Assembly: GCF_006345805.1 (NCBI RefSeq)
Contig: NC_042999.1
Span: 2,170,001-2,234,000, forward strand
Source: Octopus sinensis
Lineage: Eukaryota
Reading direction: 5' to 3'
DNA length: 64,000 nt
The notes below the pieces were generated by a model. The model was not told where the DNA came from, made no database searches, and was given only the letters and a program-made list of their open reading frames with translations. How positions within the stretch are numbered: the stretch's first letter is position 1; every line of letters begins with the position of its first letter. The position numbers were made by a program, and so were the translations under genes. Positions 1 through 13,817 of this stretch are shown one piece after another.

Positions 1-179
1 ATTATACACACATATACATGCAAATATGCATATATCTTTCCATGTATATATGAATATATTCAAGTAATTATGTATATATATATACATACATACATACATA
101 TGAATATATTTAAGTAATTATGCATATATATATATACATACATACATATGCATACATAATAATAATAATAATAATAATA

Positions 180-221
<42 letters not shown>

Positions 222-290
222 TACTCAGACAGTCACAAACACACATATGTATAATCATGTATGTATATTGATGAGAGTCAACACTTTCAG

Positions 291-325
291 AGGAAACACT
301 GAAAAATGTATACAATACTCGGGAG
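291..325 (+). CDS. Possible upstream exon of the + strand gene (GNTEKCIQYSG)
   Basis: Acceptor cactttcag, 35 nt open, ends in phase 1 matching the next exon, but the donor (GAG|gttttg) is weak. Confidence 0.3.
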
Positions 326-605
326 GTTTTGAATACTTCAAAATCTAACTCTACATAAACCTGCATAATTGTTGTATATATTACAACTTTTCCTGTTATG
401 TAAACTGTCAACAGGATATTATTTATATCACATGATTTCTAACAGTAAAATTGAAAATAAAGTTTATATTTGTATATTTTCACTATTCATATTCGAAAAA
501 TTTTTAATTGCAAAGTTTTATCAAATCCTGCTTCTGTACTCAGTAGAGATACAGCATCCCATATATTATTCTAGCAAGTCAAAAGTGATTTCTTTTGTAC
601 TGTAG

Positions 606-673
606 ACTATTTACCATTCCTGTGGTGCCCCACTTCCCTTGATACCCTAAGCACATCCTTACTTTGCATAATG
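606..673 (+). CDS. Coding exon of unidentified + strand gene ((D)YLPFLWCPTSLDTLSTSLLCIM)
   Basis: Acceptor tttcttttgtactgtag, donor ATG|gttaag, phase 1 to 0. Joins in frame to 2384 to give a continuous hydrophobic segment. Confidence 0.55.
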
Positions 674-798
674 GTTAAGCTAGCACTGGGTACACTGCAT
701 GTTACCATATTTTGTGTACTTGGAATGCTACTTTTATTTATCTTATCACTCCTGGTTCGATATGTTGAGCATAAAAGTGCTTGAACTGAAGTCTGAAG

Positions 799-1258
799 GC
801 AGAGGAGTGGCTGTGTGGCTCGTAGCTTGCTTACCAAACACATGGTACCTTGGGCAAGTGTCTTCTGCTATAGCTTTGGGCTGACCAAAGCCTTGTGAGT
901 GGATTTAGTAGATTGAAACTGAAAGAGGCCTGTTGTATATATTATAGGTACAAGAGTGGCTGTGTAATAAGTAGCTTGCTTACCAACCACATGGTTCTGG
1001 GTTCAGTCCTACTGTGTGGCACCTTGAGCAAGTGCCTTCTACTATAGCTTTAGGCTGACCAAAGCCTTGTGAGTGGATTTGGTAGATGGAAACTGAAAGA
1101 AGCCTGTTGTATATATTATAGGTGGAAGAGTGGCTGTGTGATAAGTAGCTTGCTTACCAACCACATGGTTCTGGTTTCAGTCCTACTGTGTGGAAGCTTG
1201 GGCAAGTGCCTTCCACTAGAGCTTCGGACCAACCAAAGCCTTGTGAATGGATTTCATT
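799..1258 (+). mobile_element. Three tandem copies of tRNA-derived SINE family A (CORE-like centre)
   Basis: Three repeats of ggagtggctgtgtgg...ggttcagtcc...gcaccttgggcaagtg...gaaactgaaagaagcc, with pol III A/B boxes. Confidence 0.85.
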
Positions 1259-2383
1259 AAGAAAGAGAGAGAGAGAGAGAAGCTCAGTTGTACCAATTCT
1301 AGCATAAAACGGGGCCAGTCATTAAGAGGGTGTCTTGGTAGAATGTTTTGCACATTTGACAAAATGCTTAGTGGCATTACTTCCAGATCTGCGTTAGGAG
1401 TTTAAATGCTATCAAGGTAAACTCTACTTTTTATAGTTTCAGGGTTGATAAAATCTTTAATTCTTCCAGGATCAATAAAATGAATGCCTTTTGAGCACTG
1501 GAATCGGTGAAATCAACCAGCCTCTCCCCTGAACTTGCTGGTCTTGTGGCAAAATTTGAAACCAATGTTTTTCCACCGTGGTCACCAGCACCACTACATC
1601 CAGCCCAATAGGAATATTAATTTACCAATACTGAATTCTCCATATCTGTTTATAAGCTCATTTATAACTCTCTTTAAATCTAGGAAAAAATAATAATTAC
1701 ACGAAATCAAAATCAAAATTTCCCTTTTCTTATCATTGGTAAAAAGCAGAGAACAATTGATGAAAGCAATAATGAAGAAATATTCCTATGAAACAACAAA
1801 AGATCTTTGACTAATAATCACTATTACAGTTTGTAAATTAATAACCTTTGCTACATGAGATGTACACAAGCAACCAATATCTGAATGTAGTTAATTTCAC
1901 CAACATTTCTAAACACAAGCCATAATAATAACGATGAATGCTTTCTCACTTCTCTTTGAGTTTTGTTGCAAACAAATTGGAAAAAAAAAAATTCTTTTAT
2001 ATTTTAATTAACGGGAAATTATTCCTATCAGTGCTACATTATTGAAATCAATATTTAAACAAATAATTAGATTTGTTCCAGAATTTTCTACAGACTATAT
2101 ATACTAGCAAATGTCAGAGAGTTTTACTGGTTTTATTTCATTTCAATTTATTTTATTTTTCTCATTCAATCTCCCAATCTATTTATTTGCCAATTCAAAT
2201 ATCCTTACAGTTGTAAACACACACAGATACTCACACATTTTGTGTACACACACACACACACACACACTTCTGCACATATTTGAATAGAGTTAGCTGCTAG
2301 TTATCAGTATTAAGAGGTCATATGAAAATTACAAATTCTACAGTAAATCATCTGGTTTATATTTCGGAAATGTTGTTTTGCAG

Positions 2384-2460
2384 TTAACCCTGCTGTTCTG
2401 TGTTGCAGCTATAATGGGGTATAGCTTGAATGCCATCTCTGCCAGACTCTCAGTAAAACG
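2384..2460 (+). CDS. Coding exon (LTLLFCVAAIMGYSLNAISARLSVK-R), predicted TM helix end
   Basis: Acceptor ttgttttgcag, donor ACG|gtaatg. Only one frame is open. Phase 0 to 2; CG plus the first A of exon 18230 makes Arg. Confidence 0.7.
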
Positions 2461-3616
2461 GTAATGAACATTACATGTAGGAAAAGAAGACGGAACCGAT
2501 TCTATTCATTGGTTTGCCTGCAATCTTCATTCTTGAGCTGTATATGCAAGTATTTACTTTTTTGTTTAGGATTCAAGGTGGAGGGTAAATTTAGATATAG
2601 GGCCCAGGTCTGTGAGGTTTAAGGATTATAGCAGGAATTCTTTGGATGCTATTGTTAGTTAATGCATCTGCGATTGTGTGTATGTATGTGTGCATATAGG
2701 TGCAGGTATGGCTGTGTGTTAGGAATTTTACATCCCAAACACATGGATTCCAGGTTCAGTCTCACTGTGCGGGACCTTAGGCAAGGGTCTTCTACCATAA
2801 ACCTGGGCTGGCCAAAGCCTTGCAAGTGGGTTTGGTAGACAGAAACTGAAAGAAGCCCATTGTGTATTGTCCAACCCATGCTAGCATGGAAGGCAGATGT
2901 TAAAAGATGATGATAATGAGGATAATGATGATGATGATAATGATGATGATGATATATATATATATATATACATACATACATATATATATATACATACATA
3001 CATACACACACATATATATATATATATATGTATATGTATATATTTGTGTGTGTTTGGTTTTGTGAAAGTGCTTGTCTTACATTAACAAATGGAGATGGTT
3101 TGTTTACATCCTCATTATTTAGTGGTTGGTAAAAGGGGTCAATAGAATAAGTACTAAGCTTAAATAGAATGAGTTCTGGGGTCGATAGCTCAACTAAACC
3201 CTTAAAGGTGGGGCCCCAGCAGGGTTGCAGTCTAATTATAGAAACAATTAAAATATATCTTATTATGCAAAATTTCGTAAAATCCGAAACGTCACTTCTT
3301 CAGAAAATGAGAAAATAGTTTCACCATCCCATAGCAAATCCATTTTACTACACTTTGCCAATTTTTGATATCTTGACATCTGAAGCAGCTGGAGATACAA
3401 TAGTTTGGCCAAAAGAACTGACTATTGCAAGCGAAAATAAATCTTGGAAAAAACGTATTTGGCTAAATTTGGACATACAACAGTTTAACATAATTGCAAT
3501 GATATATATATATATATATAATATATATATATATATATGTGTGTCCGGCATTCACCATGATAGATCACTAGCCACTACACATTCTTTATTATCTCTCCTC
3601 GTTTCTTTCTGTGTTC

Positions 3617-3652
3617 CTTTCTGTAGAAGAGCGTAGGCTCGAAATGTTAAAG
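3617..3652 (+). ncRNA. Degenerate or variant minimal hammerhead
   Basis: CUUU-CUGUAGA-A-GAGC-GUAG-GCUC-GAAAU-GUU^AAAG. Confidence 0.5.
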
Positions 3653-5109
3653 ACTTTGAAGAAGACTTCCCGAGCATTAAACTAATACATCTATTTGTTG
3701 TCTACACCACCTGTCTTCTTTTTTTTGTGTATTCTCCCCCTGTATATACATGTATGTATGTATATATATGTGTGTGTCTGTGTGTGTGTGTGAAACAGAC
3801 TATTTTGGTCAAACTGGATCTGTAGAAGAAAACACTAGTCCAAGGTGCCATACAATGGGACTGAACCTGCAATCACACGGTTGGGAATTGAACTTCTTAA
3901 TGTCACACTGGCTTGGCCAGTACAGGCACAGGTGTGGTGGTGTGGTAAGAGGTTTGTTTCCCAACCACATGGTCCCAGGTTCCATCTAACTGCATGTCAC
4001 CTTGGTCACATGTTTTGTACTTTAGCCTTGGCCAACCAAAGCCTTGAGCGGATTTGGTAGATGGAAACTGAATGAAGCCCATCATATATATATATATATA
4101 TATATACATACCTGTGTGTGTGTTGTTTGTTTGTGTTAATATGTCTGTGTTTGCCCCCCACCCTCCCTGCATGACAACCGGTGTTGGTGTGATTATATTC
4201 CTATAACAGCAGTTCAGCAAAAGAGACCGATAAAATATGTGCCAGTCTTAAAAAGAAAATAAGTATTGGGTTTGATTGGTTCAACTAAAAATTCTTCAAG
4301 GTGGTGCCCCAGCATGGCTGCAGTCTAATGACAGAAACAAATTAAGGATAAACTGATGAGGCAAACTTCATCAGATTGCAGTTTGCTAACGAGGTCATTT
4401 AGTTTGAAACATGTCCTTGATGCTGCACCTTGACTATGAAACAGAAGGAAAAAAATATCAGACGTTATTTCCTAATCCTGTAAATTAAATTTCAAGAAAT
4501 TAATTTTTAATTTCTGGAAATTAATTTGCATTTTATTTATGAACATTCATTACTGGTAGAACTAAATTTTTCTTTCCTTTCTCCAACTTAAGGGCAAATC
4601 TAAATAATTGAAGGATTTTCTTTTATATATACTTTATTTATTTTCACAAAGTGCATTCAGTACATCTGCTACTTTTCCCCTTAATTTATTTCATTCCTTG
4701 TAAATCTTCGCTTTCCCCCCTCGTTCACAATGAATCTGTGATTAATTACAAAGCAACAAAAGACTAAACAACCGAGTGTAGCTTGTTTTGTTCACTTTGT
4801 TCCGTTTCTCTGTGCTTTCATCTGAGCCTGTCAACAAACTGAAACGTGTAAAGATCCAACTGTTTATTTCATTACATTACAAACACTGCTATCATTGTTT
4901 CTGGAAAAACACACTACACTGAACCCATATAGTTTATCTCTTATTTATCAATATATTATATAACAAACACATGCACATATATATACATATACATATACAT
5001 ACATATCTATATATATATATAGATATATATACATATATATATATATGTATATATATATATATTATATTATATTATATATATATATATATATTATATATGT
5101 ATATATATG

Positions 5110-5151
<42 letters not shown>

Positions 5152-5471
5152 GTATGAACGTATGTGTATGAGTGTATATTGTTTATTTATTTGTACATTG
5201 TTTTGCTACAAGCTTGTGGTATTTTGTACTGCAAAAATAAAAATTAAAAAAAAACATAGTTTATGTTTTCCCATTGTTGTTATAGTTATTACTATTATTG
5301 TGTTGTTGCTGTTATTATTATTATTATATTATTATTATTATTATTAGCATCATGAGTATCATACACAATTGATTTATTTCCTGGTAACAAATGGTCTTCA
5401 CATAAACCATAATTAGATACAAACCTATATATGTAAGTTAGAGTGTATGTATATTAATAGGAGAGAGAATG

Positions 5472-5532
<61 letters not shown>

Positions 5533-6178
5533 AATATATATGTATATATATATTACAAAGATATATGTGTGATATATATATATTATATATATATATAAAC
5601 ACATACAAAGATATATGTATATGCATATATATGTGTGTGTCTGTGTGTGTGTCTATATGTATATATATGTATATATATATACATACATACATGTGTATGT
5701 GTGTGTGTGTGTGTGTGTGTTTGTGTGTACACATATGTTTATCCACTAATACTTAACATGACAAATGTAAAATCTCCACCTAGATTACATGGAACTCAGA
5801 ATGTCTCTCAGAATACAAAATACACAAAACACGGAAATAAAGAAAGAAATAAAAATAGAAATATACAGAAAGCTAAATAATGAAAATGTAAAATATGTAA
5901 GGAAATTAATTGAAACCGAATTAAAACATAAAATAAATTGAAAATATAATTAAAGAAATGAAACTTCGACTGGTTAATTACAATTGTTTTTCGTGGAAAG
6001 GATTAGTTAATAGGACTAAGGTTAGTGGCTGTGTGGTAAGAAGCTTGCTACACACCCACATGGTTCTGGGTTCAATCCCGTTGTGTGACACCTGGGGCAA
6101 GTGTTCTCTGCTATAGCCTTGGGCTGACCAATGCCTTGTGAGTGGATTTGGTAGGCAGAAACTGAAAATAGCCTATCG

Positions 6179-6211
<33 letters not shown>

Positions 6212-6910
6212 TTGTGTGTGTGTGTGCGTATATTATATGTATGCATATATATATATATATATATATAATATATATATATATATATCATCATCATCATCGT
6301 TTAACGTCCATTTTCCATGCTAGCATGGGTTGGACGATATATATATATATATGTTTGTTTGCGTGTGTGTGTACCTGTGTGTGTGTGTGTGTGTGAATAT
6401 ATGTATATATATATATGAGTTGTATTTGCTTTTGAAAACAAGATCAAAATTGGTGTTTGTAGAATAGTTACTCACATCGTTTTACATAAAGTTCCTTAAT
6501 AAAGAATGATTATTCATTACATAATGTAAATTATCATATATAATCCAGTTACATTATCAAATCTTCAGAGAACTGTAACACTCATTTGCATGTTATTAAT
6601 CCAGTTTAGATCCATCAATTCCATCAACTTCATACTTTATCTTATCGATCCTCAAAAGAATGTAAGACAAAACTGATTTCAGTCGTATTTGAACCCAGAG
6701 TATAAAGAGCCAGACAGTATATATGGCAAAGCATTTCTTTTGACATTCAAATGTTTCTACCTATGTACACTGCTTGAATCAGTCTATGTTAATGATAATT
6801 TGCCATCTCAAAACTTCAGTCAAAATTCTACATCTTCGTGTGTTTCTGTTTATGGTCCATAGATTTCTTCAGTTCTGAAAACTTTACAAAGAGAAAAGAC
6901 TATATGTAAA

Positions 6911-7312
6911 CTAGCAACTAAGCCCGGTTTCACCCGGGCTGTTTGGATGATGTGGCTATGATTGTTTTCAGTTAGGCATAATTTATAACAGCGTTTGTCA
7001 ACCTTATCATTTTGGGTCCCCTGTTTTGAATGGAGCCTCCAGCTGTATGAAAATTTCCTGACCCCATCCCATCAGAAAACAGCTCCAAAGCAACTGGTTG
7101 TTTTAATGGCAGAAGAAAGGGGGAAATTCCATTAGAAAAAGTTTTAATCGATTTTCTCGGTAAGTTTGGAGGTTAGGAAAAAAAAGACAAACTGCATTCC
7201 AATCTATGCACCTGTCTCCATATGTGTGCCATTTTTCAAGCGAATCCACCCAGCCGTTTGGGCATGAACCTCAAGACAAGAAAGAATACAATGATCCAAT
7301 TTATATTATAGA
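6911..7312 (-). mobile_element. Non-autonomous Helitron
   Basis: On the - strand: A|TC start, CTAG|T end, subterminal hairpin CCCGG-GTGAAA-CCGGG. Confidence 0.8.
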
Positions 7313-8345
7313 TTACATGGAAGTAGGAAGCTTTTATGTAATTTTATATTCTTTAACAAATCATTTCATTTTAATGTCTACTTCTCCAGACAAGAGTATG
7401 TTGAGCCAGAGTTCTCTGTGATCGGATGCTCTTCCAGTCACAAACTCCCTCTAGTTTCTGAAGGAATTCAAATCTCCCAATCTGTTGAATAACAAACAGC
7501 TCCTGCTCCCAGTCTGTCTCCGACACATCTCTCTTCACCACGTCTCACTGCCTAACACCCACCCCTTTATCACTCTCCTGACTATGGCACTAGCTATTCT
7601 GCTGCTGTAATTATATATCACCCACCAGGCAAAATGCTTAGCAGTATTTTGTCTGTCTTTACTTTCTGAGTTCAAATTCCACCGAGATTAACTTTGCCTT
7701 TCATCATTTCGGGGTTGATAAATTAAGTACCAGTTACATACTGAGGTCGTTCTAATCGACGGCGCCCCCAAATTTTCAGGCCTTGTGCCTAGGGTAGAAA
7801 AGAATTATATATCACCCAACACCCTTTTCTGTGTTCCCACTCACTCTCAGTGGAACCACTTTAATGAATTCCTTTGGATCTACAAGTGTGTGTAATTATA
7901 CATACACACACACAAATATATAACTATATATATATATATAAACACACACACACATACACACACACACACACATATATATATATAATATATATATATATAT
8001 ATGTATACACAAATTCAGATCCACAAAGTGTATCAATATTCATCTTTTTCTCATATATTATTCAAAATTGAAAATAAACTTAGAAACTCACCGAAGTTAG
8101 TTTATAAATTTAAATACACGACTCCAAGTATTTGTTTTTGACACTAATTTCTTTTCTGTCTTTCTCAATTTCAAATTATTTGTTTTATATTTTGGAAATC
8201 ACAGACGGACCATTAAATCATCTTCATTTTCTCTTTAAGACACACACACAGATTCATATATATATATAATATATATATATATACACACACACACAACATC
8301 TATATACATATGTACATATATTTATATATATGTGTATGTGTATAC

Positions 8346-8406
<61 letters not shown>

Positions 8407-8641
8407 TGTATGTATATTATATTTATATATGTGTATGCATGTATGTATATACACAAATTGTTGCTCGATTTTATACTGAAAATGGAATTTTATCTGTGAA
8501 ATACCATTGAAAATTCAAATGAATGAATCTTGAAATTAAACAGGAAATAACTCATGAATAATAGAAAGTTCTGGCTGAGAAAATGAGATTATTGGAAACA
8601 ATTGTATGTATTAAGTTTTCTTTGCTTTTTATATGTATTAC

Positions 8642-8692
<51 letters not shown>

Positions 8693-8732
8693 TTATACAT
8701 ATGTATACATATATGTGTTGTATGTGTGTGTG

Positions 8733-8766
<34 letters not shown>

Positions 8767-8808
8767 GTGTGTGTGTGTGTATGTATGTGCACATATATAT
8801 ATATTTAT

Positions 8809-8859
<51 letters not shown>

Positions 8860-8881
8860 ATATCATATATATTTTTATATT

Positions 8882-8914
<33 letters not shown>

Positions 8915-9058
8915 CTATATATACATATATATATACTATATATATAATATATGATCTGTATGTATTATATTATGCAAGTATGTATATTTATATGTATTAA
9001 TACATTCATATACATATATATATATATATATTATATACATATAAATATATATATACAC

Positions 9059-9090
<32 letters not shown>

Positions 9091-9459
9091 ACATATACAT
9101 ATATATATATACATATAGGCATTAACATATATAAAAATATCATATGTGTACCGGTATATATATATATGTGCGTGTGTGTGTATGTTTGTATGTGTATGCA
9201 AGTATGTATGAATTTGAAGAATAATACAAAAAAAAAATAGAAAAGGAATATAATTGTCATGAGAATGTTTCCCCCCTTAGCCATTTTGTTGAATGGAGAA
9301 CGAGTTGGTTTAGTTACAGACATCATGTCTGTGAAATATCGCTGTTGATGGGTCTTTGTCTCAGATACATTCATATATTATTGAAAATAATTTGAAATAA
9401 TATACGACACAAAATATATAAATACAATGCATACATATTAGCTGTGTAATGTATAAATG

Positions 9460-9810
9460 ATAATGATGATGATGAGGGGGAGGAGGGGAGGTTACGGATG
9501 GGGGAGGAAGATGACGGTGATGACACTGACGGTGATGATAATGGTGATGTTGGTGATGAAGATGAAAATGATGACGGTGATGATGCTGGCGATGACAAAA
9601 ATGATGATGATGACGATGATGACGGTGATGTTGATGATGATGATGACAATGATGAGAATGGTGAGGATGGTGATGCTGATGATGAAGATGACGATGATGA
9701 TGATGAAGAAGACGATGGTGAGGATGACGACGATGATGGTGATGATGATGATGACGATGATGTTGATGATGATGATGATGATGACAACGGTGATGATGAC
9801 AATAACAACA
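9460..9810. repeat. Degenerate (GAT)n array
   Basis: Similar arrays at 40940-41430 and 61065-61500. They are the source of the poly-D, poly-M and poly-I pseudo-ORFs. Confidence 0.95.
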
Positions 9811-9899
9811 ATAGAATCGGCAGGAGCAAAAACGTTACCAATATATTTTGTGGTCCTCGTTCTTACTGATTTTGATCCTTTGTCATATCCTCTCTGAGA

Positions 9900-10870
9900 A
9901 TCATCATCTAGACATCATTCCCTTACTGCTGTGTCTCATATCTTTCTGGGTTTCCTCAATCCATGGATTCCCAACACATTTAGCAATCAGTGCTTCCTTT
10001 ATATAGCTGTCCTCATCCCTCTGCATCACATGACCATACCAGCACAAACATTTCTCTTGCACACTATACCTAGGTCTGTTTAAGCCCCCAGTTTCTCTCA
10101 GCACATTTTTACTCTGTTGTACCTGCCCACCTGTGTTGCTCATCCATTAGAGCATGCTAACTTTATTAATTTCAAGACTTTGCTTGTTCTCTTCATTCAC
10201 AGCCCACGTTTTACTTCACCACGTGGCATTACTTCTTGTAATAAAAGCATCATACAAACTCCCTTTTATACTGAAATTGAGGTCTTTTGATATCAACAAA
10301 ACTAATAGCTCTCTGAAATTTACCCAGACAGTTCTTATTCTAGCAGCTATGCTGTCAGAGCATCTTTCTCCAATGCTAATTAGATCACCTAAGAAATAGT
10401 AATAATCTATTGCCTTTTGTGCATTTGAGAAAATTTATTTTCTATGTTCTGTTCTGTCTGGGGAGAATGATTCTCTTTTAACACACTCACCGGTAAAATT
10501 TCCACTCATTTACTTATTTACTTTTCTAAATTTTTGTTGCATCTTGCAACCTTTCCAATAGAAGAGTAACAACTATTGAAAAGATTGCAAGACACAATGA
10601 AAATTTTAGAAAAATAAAAAAGAAATACGTTAATCATCTTTTGGTTCCACTACACTTCTTACATACCCAGAGTTTGCACTGGATAACCTGTATGGGGTTT
10701 CTACTGATATCTCTTCTATTTGTTGAGCATGACTATTTTTCTGAAGATATAAGTCTGTTTTCCTACTTACTAGGAATTCAGTCTTTGCTAAGTTAAGTTT
10801 AAGGCTCCTGGACTCCCTGTGACATGTGTGGTGTGTGAAACAGTGACAGGGAAGAAACACATGCATGGAA
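9900..10870 (-). mobile_element. RTE-like LINE 3' remnants
   Basis: LKLNLAKTEFLV (10630-10866) and WYGHVMQRDEDSYIK (9904-10143). Confidence 0.7.
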
Positions 10871-11459
10871 GATGGACATTAAACGATGTTGATCATCATC
10901 ATCATGATATATATGTATTTATGTATGTATGTATGTATGTATGTATGTATGTATGTATGTATGTACATATACCAGATGTACCTGCCATGATTTGTTTGGT
11001 CACTCCAAGTTGAAAATGTCAATGCATAGTGGGAAAGGAAAAAATACTATTTCAAATTTCATGCAATAAAATTCTTAAGTCCTCCTACGTTCAGTGTGAC
11101 AGCATAAACATGAGCAAGTGTTTCTTCTTTGAAAACTTTCAAATGGCCTTCAACTTTTTTTCCATGCTTTCTTCTTTACCATTCTTTATTACTACTGTTC
11201 CAAATGAAATACATGGGTACTTCAACATAAATTAATATTTTTGTAAAGTCATCTTTACTTTACATTACTTTACTTGTTTCCGTTATTTGACTGTGGCCAT
11301 GCTGGAGCACTGCCTTTCATCGAACAAATCAACCCCAGGACTTATTCTTTGTAAGCCTAGAACTTATTCTATCAGCCACTGTTTTCGAACCACCCAGCAT
11401 CGGTTGTCAAGCAATGTTGAGGGGACATACACAGACACACAAACATATACACACATACG

Positions 11460-11498
<39 letters not shown>

Positions 11499-11501
<3 letters not shown>

Positions 11502-13441
11502 TACAATGGTCTTCTTTCAGTTTCCGTCTACCAAGTCCACTCACAAGGCTTTGGTTGACCTGGGGCTATAGTCGAAGACACTTGCTCAAGGGGCCACGTA
11601 GTGGGACTGAACTCGGAATCATGTGGTTCATTATAAGCAAGTACTACCACACAACCATGAAAAGAATTCTGTCAATGGTGTTCTCATATGTCGTTCATTG
11701 ACAACCATATATATCCTCATAATTTCTGAGCAATATTCTTTGTTCATCTTGTAGCTGAACTTGCCGTCCCACTATTGCAGGTTCTCTTTCATAAATTGAA
11801 AATCCTACAATGGATGCAAATACTTCAGATGGTCCAATATACCGACTCATTAGATATTGATTGTTTTCATTATGGACTGGTTTATTTGAACAACAGTTTG
11901 GTTATTTCCTTTCAGTGTGTACTTGATGACATACTTAATTGATTTCACTGAGGCAATGATTTCAGCATTGCAGTGGCATTTGAATGCTCTTAAAAGGGTT
12001 TCACTATAAGGTACAACCCATTTGTTGCTGTTTCTTTTTCTATTTTTATGAGATTCAGTTCTCCCCATTACAACTGATCTTCACCTATAAAGAGATAGCC
12101 TTGCTCTCGCTGTGTTTTTCTGCTTTTTGATTAAGATTATAAAGATTAATACTTTTTTAAATAAAATAGTAATTTTTCCCTTGAAGGAAAAAAATCAAGT
12201 ACCTGTGATTCTAAATATTCTCATAAAAATATAAGGAGAATTTCTATCTTTCAAGTCCACAGCATTTATATAAATGATTAAGGGGCAAAAAAAGAAAGTA
12301 AGAGAAAAGGACGGATAAGTGTAGATGACATGTCTTTTTGAAGTGCCGACATTTTCAACTTGATTTCTTTTTCTTAAACGGGGAAACTACTATTTTATTT
12401 GTATCTTTATCATCTAAGCAAATGGCAGGAAAACATGAAAATTTTGAGTTTAGTTTTTAGTATATATATATATAATATACATATATACAATGGTCTTCTT
12501 TCAGTTTCCGTCTACCAAGTCCACTCACAAGGCTTTGGTTGACCTGGGGCTATAGTCGAAGACACTTGCTCAAGGGGCCACGTAGTGGGACTGAACTCGG
12601 AATCATGTGGTTCATAAGCAAGCTACTTACCACACAACCACTGAAAAGAATTCTGTCAATGGTGTTCTCATATGTCGTTCATTGACAACCATATATATCC
12701 TCATAATTTCTGAGCAATATTCTTTGTTCATCTTGTAGCTGAACTTGCCGTCCCACTATTGCAGGTTCTCTTTCATAAATTGAAAATCCTACAATGGATG
12801 CAAATACTTCAGATGGTCCAATATACCGACTCATTAGATATTGATTGTTTTCATTATGACTGTTTATTTGAACAACAGTTTGGTTATTTCCTTTCAGTGT
12901 GTACTTGATGACATACTTAATTGATTTCACTGAGGCAATGATTTCAGCATTGCAGTGGCATTTGAATGCTCTTAAAAGGGTTTCACTATAAGGTACAACC
13001 CATTTGTTGCTGTTTCTTTTTCTATTTTTATGAGATTCAGTTCTCCCCATTACAACTGATCTTCACCTATAAAGAGATAGCCTTGCTCTCGCTGTGTTTT
13101 TCTGCTTTTTGATTAAGATTATAAAGATTAATACTTTATTTTAAATAAAATAGTAATTTTTCCCTTGAAGGAAAAAAAATCAAGTACCTGTGATTCTAAA
13201 ATATCTCATAAAAATATAAGGAGAATTTCTATCTTTCAAGTCCACAGCATTTATATAAATGATTAAGGGGCAAAAAAAGAAAGTAAGAGAAAAGGACGGA
13301 TAAGTGGTAGATGACATGTCTTTTTGAAGTGCCGACATTTTCAACTTGATTTCTTTTTCTTAAACGGGGAAACTACTATTTTATTTGTAATCTTTATCAT
13401 CTTAAGCAAATGGCAGGAAAACATGAAAATTTTGAGTTTTA

Positions 13442-13442
<1 letters not shown>
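11499..13442. repeat. Tandem duplication, unit about 985 bp
   Basis: Units start at about 11499 and 12483 (atatacaatggtcttctttcag). Each holds a SINE piece, the Helitron Rep piece and a unique flank. Confidence 0.92.
11655..13050 (-). pseudogene. Helitron Rep-domain remnant, present twice through a tandem duplication
   Basis: NKWVVPYSETLLRAFKCHCNAEIIASVKSIKYVIKYTLKG...SRYIGPSEVF...IYEREP matches the Helitron Rep motifs WVVPY, NxE...SxKY..KY..KG and RYI. Confidence 0.85.
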
Positions 13443-13487
<45 letters not shown>

Positions 13488-13817
13488 GATGAGTTTCTTT
13501 CAGTTTCCATCTAACGAATCCACCCACAAGGCTTTGGTCAGCTCAAGGTTATTGTAGAAGACACTTGTCTGAGGAACCATAAAGTAAGACTGAACCTGGA
13601 ACCATGTGGTTGAGAAGCAAACATTGTACCACACAGCTACACCTGCACCTATGTATATATATGTATATTGTGTATAGAAGCGTAGAGATTTTTGTATATA
13701 TGTATATATTTATAAAATATATATATATATATGTATACATATAAATCTATATATAAATGTATATATATATATATGCACACACACAGACACACGGACACGA
13801 CACACATATATACACAC

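Noticed and set aside
3270-3310. GAAACGTC and an antisense CTGAAGA
   Set aside because: Neither strand gives both core halves with a stem I.
4350-4420. Hammerhead-like order CTGATGA...GAAAC-AT-GTC
   Set aside because: Stem I does not pair (A opposite C at the first position), and the core is sequestered in a competing local hairpin.
9281-9374. Exon candidate after tttccccccttag
   Set aside because: There is no convincing donor and both strands give short open frames.
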